Below, in pieces: positions 8,563 to 16,547 of a DNA stretch of 36,596 nucleotides. The DNA comes from Thainema sp. (GTDB lineage: Bacteria > Cyanobacteriota > Cyanobacteriia > Phormidesmidales > Phormidesmidaceae): the NCBI GenBank assembly GCA_052168235.1, contig JBQLZK010000068.1, positions 1 through 36,596 on the forward strand, given 5' to 3'. The position numbers and the translations under genes were made by a program. The notes under the pieces are model-generated. The model saw nothing but the letters and a program-made list of their open reading frames with translations. It was not told the DNA's origin and made no database searches. Position 1 is the first letter of the stretch; every line of letters starts with the position of its first letter.

Positions 8563-11500
8563 ATGGTGACCTCACCGAACTCTCCCGACGCTCAAACTTT
8601 TGCCGAGAACGATGCTCTACCGATGCTGGACGCCTTAGAGAGTGAGCTATCCAGCTTATCCTCTCATCCGTCTGATAGCCGGTTTCATGAACTAGATGGC
8701 CTATTAGGTCGGTTGATTGGGCAGGCTAAGCAAGCTCAGGTTACTGTACTAGCCGCGATCGCAACTCGACTCCGGGCGGTTTTACAGCAGTTTCATCAGC
8801 ATCAGCAGGCGATTCCGATTGACTCGCTGATTCAGCAGTTGTTGCTGCAAGCGCATGAATGTTTGCAGTTACCAGCCACAGAACTCAGCATGTTTGGAGA
8901 GTTTGACGCAGCCCAAGCCCAAGCTAAAGCAGAACCGATTTTGCAGCAGCTTGAGGCACGTTTGACTCAGGTAAATCCGGCCTTTGCGACAGCGGCCCAT
9001 TCGGCCAGTGATGTCAGTGATATGAGTGGGCTAGATATAGGATTGGACGGCCTAGACGACTTTTCCGACTCCGATCAGAGGTCTACTACCGCTGCTACCG
9101 GATCTGTAGGCGATTTGATTGATGATTTGTTTGGCTCCGATGATACCGATGATGATGCGGCTGCGGCTGATGCGGACGATTGGCTGATGGCTGATGATGT
9201 CCTGCCAGATGGGAATCACGCCCCCATTTCTGATTTAGAACTAGCGACGCTGGCAGAACCCGGACTGGATATTGACAAGCTGTTTAAATCCGGGTTTGCC
9301 GCCGAAGAGGATGACGAATCGACCGATTGGTTAAGCGAAGCGGATCAACCGGAAACGCTTGAACCACCGATGCAGAGCAGTGATGCTGGCAATCAGGATA
9401 TTAGCGATTGGCTGCTGCTGGATATAGAAAACACAGAGGCAGACGAGTCAAGCGATTTGTTTGCCGATACAGTGATGGGGCCATCTACAGACTATTCACC
9501 CGTTATGAATAGTTTTGAGGATGTGCTGGCCGCTGATTTACCGTTGAAGGCGGTAGCCACGTCAACTGCGTCAGATCAGGCCGTAGCCCCCAGCGTTTCA
9601 GCTCCAGCAGCGGATCAAGATTTGGTCACGCCAACCAACTTGTTTGATGCATTTCCTGAGCCAGAATCCAAATCAGAAAACTCGCCAGAATCTACATCAG
9701 ACGATCTGATGCCCGATCTCCAACCTCTTAGCTCGATCGCAGAAGCCGACTTGTCTAATGAGCGATTCGAGGGAGATGTGCCAACCGAGCGCAACGTGGT
9801 TACTCCCGGTAACTTGTTTGAAGAAGATTGGTTGGGTGATTCTGATGCGGCTCCAAGTGCAGCCGTCGATTCGGCCAGTGCTGAAATTGATGATGAGGTG
9901 CTGATTGGTGAATTGTTCGCAGACGAGCAGACTAAGAATGAGTCGGCAATGAGTTTAGCACCTGCGATCTCACCTGCTTCTGCTTACGATCTGCCGCATC
10001 GGATTGCTGCCCCTATCGATCATGATCATATCGATCATGATCAAATAGATTCAAAACAAGCTGACATAACCGATAACGCTGATGATGATGCCATTTTCTC
10101 GGACTTTATTGTGCCTGATCCGCAGGTAGAACCCGCCGCTGCACAGGATGCGGTGGATGACATAGGTGGCGCGGCTGGTGCCAATCATCTGGATGCTGGC
10201 GACGATCTGTTTGGCGGAATTGGTTTGGCTGCAGCCACTGACGAGTCCCAATCTGGGGCTGATAACCGTGCAGCACTAAAAGCCAAGCGTAATTCAGCCA
10301 GCGCAGAGTTGCCAGATGCCGATAATGAAGCGCTGATGGCGGCGCTCTTTGCGGATGATGCCGCCGAGGCGAAAGACGGCACTGCAGCAGCAGAACCGAC
10401 CAGCACTATTTTGTCGCCCAGGTCGGCAGCTCGTTCCGCGCCCCGTCCGCAATCGACACCGTTGCCGACGCCCAGCGAGCTGATGGTTACAGATGCTGCC
10501 GAGGGCTTAGTGGCTTCGTTTTGGCATTCACCTGAATCCATCACCGATCAGGGCCTAATTCACCTGAATCGCGATCGCGTTGAGGGGCTGAACCAGCAAG
10601 TTGTGCAGCTCACGGCCAATCAGTCTTGGCTACAGCATCAGCATCAGACGCTACAGCATACGATTACTGAACTTCAGCTGCGTACCGATTCCGCGACTGA
10701 CGAAGCGCATCCGACTCCCTCCCAGGCCATGCTGACGGAGGCGACAACTCAGCTACAGCAGATGGAATCAACGCTGAAGCGGCAGCAGCACACGATTTCT
10801 AATTTGCGCGATCAGTGGATTGATGCCCAAACTCTGCCGATTTATCAGTTCCTTCAGCGATTTCCAACCTGGCTGAGTCAGTCTGTTTTGACCCAACAGA
10901 AGCCTGTCCAGATTAGTATTCAGGCCATTTCGGCTCGTATGGATCGAGCGACATTGGAAACGCTGCAAGATGCGATCGCACAGCTATTGCAGTACAGCAT
11001 TGAGTACAGCATTGAGCCGCAGGATATTCGCCAGCGACGGGGCAAACCGGAGATTGCCCAGATTGCGCTCCAGGTACAGGTGCAGGGCCAACAAGCCATT
11101 TTTGAATTGACTGATGATGGCTGGGGGCTGGATCTAGATGCCATTCGGCAAGATGCAGCGGAGCTGGGCTGGGGGGATGAACAAACTTTGGCTGACTTGA
11201 GCCTGAGCGAGCTGATTCAGCAGGGTGCTGGCAAGTTGCGATCGCTGACGACAGCAACCCGCCAGGTTTCCACGCTGTCCCTGGTACAAACTCGGCTCCA
11301 GGATCAGCAGGGTAAGCTCTCGGCCACAACGAATCCAGGTCAAGGTTTGACGTTTACAATTCACCTGCCGCTGCCGCTGATCAAGCTGGATGGCTTGCTC
11401 TGTCAGGTGAACGAGCAGTTTTTGGCCTTCTCGGCTGCCGCCATCGAAGAAATTGTGGTGCCCACTGCTGAGCAGTTGACCGCATCCGGTCAGCGACTGG

Positions 11501-11850
11501 TGTGGAACGGTACGCAAATTCCAGTCATTGCGCTGACGGATTATTTAGAAGATATCTGTGACAGCCGCTTAGCTCAGCAGCTTGATTTGCCGCCCGTTTC
11601 GCTGCCTGAAACTTGGCATTCGCCCCTACTGATTGTGCAAACGGCTACTCAAGCAGTTGCGATCGCAGTTGATGCGTTTGTCGCGCAAGAAGCACTGGTC
11701 ATTCAAGCGCTATCACCGGAACCAGCAACCAATTTGCCGGACTATATTCAGGGTTGTGCTGCGTTACGCAATGGTCAGCAGGTGGTGATGCTAGACGCCG
11801 TTTTACTGGCAGAACAGCTTAGTCAAACTGCGATCGCGCTACCCATGTAA
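8563..11850 (+). CDS. Divergent CheA-like protein (Hpt-like, acidic linker, dimerisation/HATPase-like, CheW-like); catalytic residues appear lost; no receiver domain
   Basis: LLLQAHECLQLP..FDAAQAQAKAEP Hpt-adjacent segment, IEP..R.RRGKPE, ELTDDGWGLD, PGQGLTFTIHLPL, and C-terminal CheW-like YIQGCAALRNGQQVVMLD. Confidence 0.8.
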   Translation: MVTSPNSPDAQTFAENDALPMLDALESELSSLSSHPSDSRFHELDGLLGRLIGQAKQAQVTVLAAIATRLRAVLQQFHQHQQAIPIDSLIQQLLLQAHECLQLPATELSMFGEFDAAQAQAKAEPILQQLEARLTQVNPAFATAAHSASDVSDMSGLDIGLDGLDDFSDSDQRSTTAATGSVGDLIDDLFGSDDTDDDAAAADADDWLMADDVLPDGNHAPISDLELATLAEPGLDIDKLFKSGFAAEEDDESTDWLSEADQPETLEPPMQSSDAGNQDISDWLLLDIENTEADESSDLFADTVMGPSTDYSPVMNSFEDVLAADLPLKAVATSTASDQAVAPSVSAPAADQDLVTPTNLFDAFPEPESKSENSPESTSDDLMPDLQPLSSIAEADLSNERFEGDVPTERNVVTPGNLFEEDWLGDSDAAPSAAVDSASAEIDDEVLIGELFADEQTKNESAMSLAPAISPASAYDLPHRIAAPIDHDHIDHDQIDSKQADITDNADDDAIFSDFIVPDPQVEPAAAQDAVDDIGGAAGANHLDAGDDLFGGIGLAAATDESQSGADNRAALKAKRNSASAELPDADNEALMAALFADDAAEAKDGTAAAEPTSTILSPRSAARSAPRPQSTPLPTPSELMVTDAAEGLVASFWHSPESITDQGLIHLNRDRVEGLNQQVVQLTANQSWLQHQHQTLQHTITELQLRTDSATDEAHPTPSQAMLTEATTQLQQMESTLKRQQHTISNLRDQWIDAQTLPIYQFLQRFPTWLSQSVLTQQKPVQISIQAISARMDRATLETLQDAIAQLLQYSIEYSIEPQDIRQRRGKPEIAQIALQVQVQGQQAIFELTDDGWGLDLDAIRQDAAELGWGDEQTLADLSLSELIQQGAGKLRSLTTATRQVSTLSLVQTRLQDQQGKLSATTNPGQGLTFTIHLPLPLIKLDGLLCQVNEQFLAFSAAAIEEIVVPTAEQLTASGQRLVWNGTQIPVIALTDYLEDICDSRLAQQLDLPPVSLPETWHSPLLIVQTATQAVAIAVDAFVAQEALVIQALSPEPATNLPDYIQGCAALRNGQQVVMLDAVLLAEQLSQTAIALPM

Positions 11851-11861
11851 CAACTGTTATA
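11846..11861. promoter_or_regulatory. Possible NtcA-like site (TGTAACAACTGTTATA)
   Basis: GTA-N8-TAT, one mismatch from GTA-N8-TAC, about 90 nt upstream of an amino-acid ABC ATPase; no clear -10 at the canonical spacing. Confidence 0.3.
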
Positions 11862-11951
11862 TAACTCATGAAACGAAAACAAAAGACAATGATGGGTTTG
11901 CGAATTGAGCCCATATGAGTATGATGAACGATATTATTTCCCCATCCGGCC

Positions 11952-12716
11952 ATGCAAGAAGACAGTACTCCGATTATTTACTTCGAAGGCATTGAGAAGC
12001 GATTTGGTGCGCTGCAAGTCCTGAACGGCATTACAGGCCACATTAATCAAGGCGAAGTGGTGTCTATCATTGGGCCGTCCGGATGCGGCAAAAGTACGCT
12101 GTTGCGCTGCTTCAATCGACTGGAAACGATTAATGGCGGGACGCTGGTGGTAAACGGGGTGGATTTATCCGGGTCTAAGATATCCACGAAGCAACTCCGG
12201 CAACTGCGAGCCTCTGTCGGCATGGTTTTCCAGCAGTTCAATCTCTTTCCCCACATGAGCGTTCTGGAAAACCTGACTCTTGCACCCCAGAAGGTGCTGG
12301 GACTTTCCGCTAAAGAAAGCCGTGAACGGGCTAGCCTATTTTTAGACAAGGTGGGACTGTCCACGAAAGCAACTGCCTATCCCGATCAGCTTTCGGGCGG
12401 ACAAAAACAGCGAGTTGCGATCGCACGTTCGCTCTGCATGAAGCCCCAAATTATCCTGTTCGATGAACCGACTAGCGCTCTCGATCCGGAGCTAGTTGGT
12501 GAGGTGCTAATGGTGATGAAGCAGCTTGCGGATGAGGGGATGACGATGATTGTTGTCACGCATGAAATGCAGTTTGCGCGGGAAGTCGCTAATCGGGTGA
12601 TGTTTCTCAATCAAGGCATTGTGGAGGAAGAAGGCCCAGCACGCGAAACGCTAACTCATCCCAAGAGCGAGCGTTTGCAGGCATTTCTCAGCCGCATGGA
12701 TTTTGCAATCGTTTAA
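11952..12716 (+). CDS. Polar amino-acid ABC transporter ATP-binding subunit (GlnQ/BgtA-like)
   Basis: [56 protein letters not shown]. Confidence 0.95.
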   Translation: MQEDSTPIIYFEGIEKRFGALQVLNGITGHINQGEVVSIIGPSGCGKSTLLRCFNRLETINGGTLVVNGVDLSGSKISTKQLRQLRASVGMVFQQFNLFPHMSVLENLTLAPQKVLGLSAKESRERASLFLDKVGLSTKATAYPDQLSGGQKQRVAIARSLCMKPQIILFDEPTSALDPELVGEVLMVMKQLADEGMTMIVVTHEMQFAREVANRVMFLNQGIVEEEGPARETLTHPKSERLQAFLSRMDFAIV

Positions 12717-12742
12717 ACGTTACGTAGGTATTTAGACATTAC

Positions 12743-12796
12743 GTAGGGGCGTTAGCGAAGCCATGCCCGCAGGGCTATATGGCCATTCGCCCCTAC
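12743..12796. repeat. REP-like palindrome GTAGGGGCG..TATGGCCATTCGCCCCTAC interrupted by a 26-nt insert (12752-12777)
   Basis: An uninterrupted relative lies at 23607-23634. Confidence 0.75.
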
Positions 12797-12805
12797 TTAC
12801 TAGGT

Positions 12806-12872
12806 GTAAGGGCGGGTTTAGCCATTCAGTGAATGGTCTTAAGCAAAATGTTTGTACAAAACCCGCCCCTAC
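12806..12872. repeat. REP-like inverted repeat GTAAGGGCGGGTTT ... AAACCCGCCCCTAC
   Basis: About 14-nt arms with a spacer of about 39 nt, between convergent genes. Confidence 0.7.
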
Positions 12873-12897
12873 AATCGATCTATTTTTTATTAAAAAT

Positions 12898-14172
12898 TCA
12901 GGGATTCCATTCCAGGATTAATACTTCTTCTTTCAACTCTTCACCTGTTTTACTTGAAAGCCGAGTTCTGAATAATTCAATATCGCAAACGGTGTAATTC
13001 AATTCTTCTGCGATTTCAGCTAATAGGGTTCCCGTTTGAATCAGCACCTGCAAATATGAGGCTTGATCGCCCACAACATAGGCTAATTTTGCACCTGGAC
13101 GTAAAGCCATTCGCAGCTCTGCTAAATGGCGCTTCATGCCGCCAAAATAAAGCAGCGTTGCCCGTGGATAAAGTCGGGCAAATCCTGATGTGTTATGAGT
13201 ATCATGTCGGCGCTGTTCAATGGCCTGAGCAAGCTGAATTACACTACTCGTTGGACTGAGATAACTGTCATCCTGATCGGCTACATAAATATTGCGCGAA
13301 TTCGAGCGCATCATGCTTTTTTTGAAAAAGCGTAAATCGTCTTTATTTCTAAGAAAGCCAAGCAGCACCGATTCTAACCGAGTCGTTCGGGTATAGTCCT
13401 TTTCATTTGGATAGGGCGGCGACGTAATTACGGCATTAATTGAGTTTGGCTCTAGAAGACGCGATGCTTCTCTGGCATCGCCACGATGGCAAATCGTTTG
13501 CGGATAGTGAGAAGACTGCACGAAACGCAAATCTTCAATCATCTGCTGAACTTTGTCGTACCAGGCATCAAAAACATCCGCATCCTGCCGCTGCCGTCGC
13601 CGGACGCTGACCTCAGGCGCGAACCGTAAATTACTGGCATCGTAAACGGCTGTATAGGCCAGCGCTAGCTGGAAAAAACGGCGAATGTTAGGGTCAGTGA
13701 CTTGTTCGATTTCATCCCGCAAAATCAAGCATTTGTGCAGCGGTTTTTCGCAAATTGAATCTTTAAGAATGACGGCAAATTGATTCGCATCGAAAGTTCT
13801 CTGAACAGCAATAATCTGATGTTGACAAATAGCGCGATCGCAGATTTCGGTGGCCAGGGTATAAATACGATCGCAATCTAGATCCCACGTCGTTTTCACT
13901 TGAGACGCTAGATGAGACATCGGTGTTGCTTCGATGCCGACGGCATTCAGCCGATACTTTTTGGCTTCCACCAGCGTGGTGCCCGTGCCGCAAAACGGAT
14001 CGAGAATCACGGCATCATCGGCTAAGTGAAACTGGTCAAAATAGCGACGCACCAAATGGGGCGGAAACGACAGAATGAACCGATACCAATCATGAAATGC
14101 ACGGTCAACATCGTGCAAACGGTTGTGCCGCACATCTTTAGGATTATCGGTACTGTCAAAGCCCAACGTCAT
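12898..14172 (-). CDS. DNA amino-methyltransferase (probably N4-cytosine), no cognate endonuclease seen
   Basis: Motif I ILDPFCGTGTT precedes catalytic motif IV ITSPPY by about 190 aa (alpha-class order). Confidence 0.88.
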   Translation of the reverse strand: MTLGFDSTDNPKDVRHNRLHDVDRAFHDWYRFILSFPPHLVRRYFDQFHLADDAVILDPFCGTGTTLVEAKKYRLNAVGIEATPMSHLASQVKTTWDLDCDRIYTLATEICDRAICQHQIIAVQRTFDANQFAVILKDSICEKPLHKCLILRDEIEQVTDPNIRRFFQLALAYTAVYDASNLRFAPEVSVRRRQRQDADVFDAWYDKVQQMIEDLRFVQSSHYPQTICHRGDAREASRLLEPNSINAVITSPPYPNEKDYTRTTRLESVLLGFLRNKDDLRFFKKSMMRSNSRNIYVADQDDSYLSPTSSVIQLAQAIEQRRHDTHNTSGFARLYPRATLLYFGGMKRHLAELRMALRPGAKLAYVVGDQASYLQVLIQTGTLLAEIAEELNYTVCDIELFRTRLSSKTGEELKEEVLILEWNP

Positions 14173-14321
14173 TGATTTTGGTTATCCAAATCAAACGCCC
14201 ATAGTTCACATGAACTATGGGCAAGATTCTTTATCTTATCGAATTGAACATCGAACGCAGATTAAGTTTTTTGAGATGCGAACATCAAATCGTTGTCCTG
14301 CCAATTGCAATCATTTGAGCA

Positions 14322-16079
14322 TTAGTAGTGCGTGCCCGATTTGCGGTGATGCACAGCGGTTTTGCCATCGGGGTTGAGTACCTGACCGGATTCGACGACG
14401 GCATACACCACCCAGTGATCGCCACACTCCATGCGGCTGTTGACGCGGCATTCTAAGTAAGCGAGCGAATCTTTGAGAATGGGCAAGCCTAAGCTCGATT
14501 CATCCGTTTCTATGCCGTTAAATCGGTCTTCGCCGGGGCTAAACGGCTTGAGGAAGTGCTTCATCAGCGGAATATGCTTGCCTTCCGCCAAAATATTCAG
14601 CACAAAGGGCGAACCGGGAAACAGGAGAGATTCTACGGCTCGATCTTTGGCGACAGCAACGGTAAATCCGGGCGGGCTAAAGGTAGCCTGCGACACCCAG
14701 GACGCTAACATCGCACTTGATACATTTTCCTGCTTGGCGGTGACGATGCAGAGCGAACCGACCAGGCGACCGATCGCTTGTTCCAGCGACGTAGCAGGCT
14801 GACGAGGCGCTTTGACCTTCTTGGTTTTCTTCAGCGCTTGGGCAAAGTCCGTACCCGCCTCTTCGCAGAACTTGAGCGTGGCATCGTCGGGCTTAAACTT
14901 GACCCGAATTGGCTCAAAGCCAAAGGAGAAGCCTGCATCTTTCAGCTTGTCCTCCAGCAAATCAATCGCTTCACCACTCCAGCCAAAGGAGCCGAAGACG
15001 CCTGCCAGCTTATTCGTCGTTGCCGTAGACAAAATAGTACCGAGCGCAGTTTGAATCGGCGTCGGCGCATGGCCACCCAGAGTTGGCGACCCAATAATAA
15101 ATCCGGCTGATTTCTCAATTGCTGCTTGAACTTCCTTCGTGTCAGAAATCTCGGCGTTAATCGATTCGACCCCAACTCCAGCTTTGGTGATGCCACGTGC
15201 GATCGCATTTGCCAGCGTCGCCGTATTGCCATAAGCGGAAGCGTAAATCAGCGTCACCATCGTGTCGTAGGTGCTCTGCTGCTTGCTCCAGTGATGGTAG
15301 TCGTTGGTCAACTCCGTTAGGCCGAAGCGCACCAGCGGCCCGTGCCCCGTCGCATACAGCCGCACTGGCGAAACATCCGCTAGCTTATCGAGTGCGGTCG
15401 AGATTTGGCGGGCATTGGGAGCCATCAAGCAGTCGTAGTAGTAGCGCCGATCTTCCATGAAGGTTTCCCAGCCTTCGTCGAAGATCTGATCGCCGCAGAC
15501 GTGAGCGCCAAACAGCTTATCGGTAAACAGCACCAGGGTTTGTGGGTCAAAGGTACACAGGTGATCCGGCCAGCGGGGATTGGGGGTCGGAATAAATTGC
15601 AGAACGTGGCCCATGCCCAAATCCAGAGTGTCGTCGGCACTCTTAATCACCTGAATATTGAGCGGCTGACCGGATTCCTTGAAGGCTTCCCGCAGCGTCA
15701 ACGCCGCCGGATTGGAGCAAACCAGCGTTACCTGCGGCGCAATCTCCAGCAGCGACTTCAAGGTTTCCATCCGGTTAGGATTCACGTGCCCCAAAATCAC
15801 GTAGTCCAACTTGGTTGGATCAAATCGCTCCTGTAGCGCTTGCAGAAAAATCTCCGTAAACGACCCACCCGGCGGATCAAACAGCGCCATCTTGTCGGCC
15901 TGAATCACAAACGAATTTGCCGTCGTCCCCTTCTCCCGCGCATACTCAATCTCAAACCGCAGCCGACTCCAACTGCGCGATCGCATCACAGTTGTCTGAG
16001 CCGCAATCGGCAACACCTGCACATCGCGAGGCTTGGAGCGTGAGGAGTGAGGAGTAAGAGGTGAGGAGGTTACAGTCAT
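14322..16079 (-). CDS. flv1: Flavodiiron protein, Flv1-type (non-canonical diiron ligands)
   Basis: MBL domain with GHVNPNR in place of HxExDH, flavodoxin domain (YASAYGNT), and C-terminal flavin reductase ending HHRKSGTHY. Confidence 0.9.
   Translation of the reverse strand: MTVTSSPLTPHSSRSKPRDVQVLPIAAQTTVMRSRSWSRLRFEIEYAREKGTTANSFVIQADKMALFDPPGGSFTEIFLQALQERFDPTKLDYVILGHVNPNRMETLKSLLEIAPQVTLVCSNPAALTLREAFKESGQPLNIQVIKSADDTLDLGMGHVLQFIPTPNPRWPDHLCTFDPQTLVLFTDKLFGAHVCGDQIFDEGWETFMEDRRYYYDCLMAPNARQISTALDKLADVSPVRLYATGHGPLVRFGLTELTNDYHHWSKQQSTYDTMVTLIYASAYGNTATLANAIARGITKAGVGVESINAEISDTKEVQAAIEKSAGFIIGSPTLGGHAPTPIQTALGTILSTATTNKLAGVFGSFGWSGEAIDLLEDKLKDAGFSFGFEPIRVKFKPDDATLKFCEEAGTDFAQALKKTKKVKAPRQPATSLEQAIGRLVGSLCIVTAKQENVSSAMLASWVSQATFSPPGFTVAVAKDRAVESLLFPGSPFVLNILAEGKHIPLMKHFLKPFSPGEDRFNGIETDESSLGLPILKDSLAYLECRVNSRMECGDHWVVYAVVESGQVLNPDGKTAVHHRKSGTHY
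16036..16068. repeat. GTGAGGA-type heptamer array inside the 5' end of flv1
   Basis: gagcgtgaggagtgaggagtaagaggtgaggag; encodes SSPLTPHSSRS. Confidence 0.75.
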
Positions 16080-16115
16080 GGTTTTGGGGTTGGTGTGATG
16101 AACAAAGGTTGGGAG

Positions 16116-16147
16116 GTGAGGCGTGAGGCGTGAGGCGTGAAGAATGA
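16116..16147. repeat. (GTGAGGC)3 heptamer array downstream of the four-helix-bundle gene
   Basis: gtgaggcgtgaggcgtgaggcgtgaagaatga, abutting the stop codon. Confidence 0.85.
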
Positions 16148-16507
16148 TTATGGTGGTGACTTCAGGGAACTGCGTAGACCGATGAGCATACGGTCGATTT
16201 GGGTGAGTTCGGCATCAAGACGTTGATAGTCTTGTAAGGAGAGGTACTGGAGGCGTAAGGCGATTTCAAGTTGAGTATCGAGTTCACTGGCAGAACCGAT
16301 GGCAATTCGGATAAATTGAGCAAACTCATTTGTCCCTCTTGCGGCTCCTTCTGCCAAATTGCTTGGAATTGAAACCGCTGCTCGGCGCATTTGTGAGGTA
16401 AGCCCATACTGCTCGGATACCGGAAATTGACGGGTCACGCGATAAATTTCGGTCGTAAACTCAACACTCTTCAGCCACACCCTTAACTTTTTATGCGGCT
16501 TCTCCAC
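16148..16507 (-). CDS. Four helix bundle protein (23S rRNA intervening-sequence protein / Avd-like fold)
   Basis: HKKLRVW..S, IY..T..FP..EQYGLTSQMRRAAVSIPSNLAEG, FIRIAIGSASELDTQL signature; GTG start. Confidence 0.93.
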   Translation of the reverse strand: MEKPHKKLRVWLKSVEFTTEIYRVTRQFPVSEQYGLTSQMRRAAVSIPSNLAEGAARGTNEFAQFIRIAIGSASELDTQLEIALRLQYLSLQDYQRLDAELTQIDRMLIGLRSSLKSPP

Positions 16508-16517
16508 CTGTCTTAAT

Positions 16518-16547
16518 ACGCCTCACTCCTCACTCCTCTCGCCTCAC
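16518..16547. repeat. Heptamer array (GTGAGG(C/A) on the - strand), inverted relative to 16116-16147
   Basis: acgcctcactcctcactcctctcgcctcac, abutting the flv3 stop codon. Confidence 0.85.

Noticed and set aside
14322..16079. Missing canonical iron ligands in the flavodiiron protein
   Set aside because: This is a known property of Flv1/Flv2-type proteins, not pseudogenisation.
16148..16507. Avd-like protein suggesting a diversity-generating retroelement
   Set aside because: No reverse transcriptase and no TR/VR pair differing at adenines was seen in the window.
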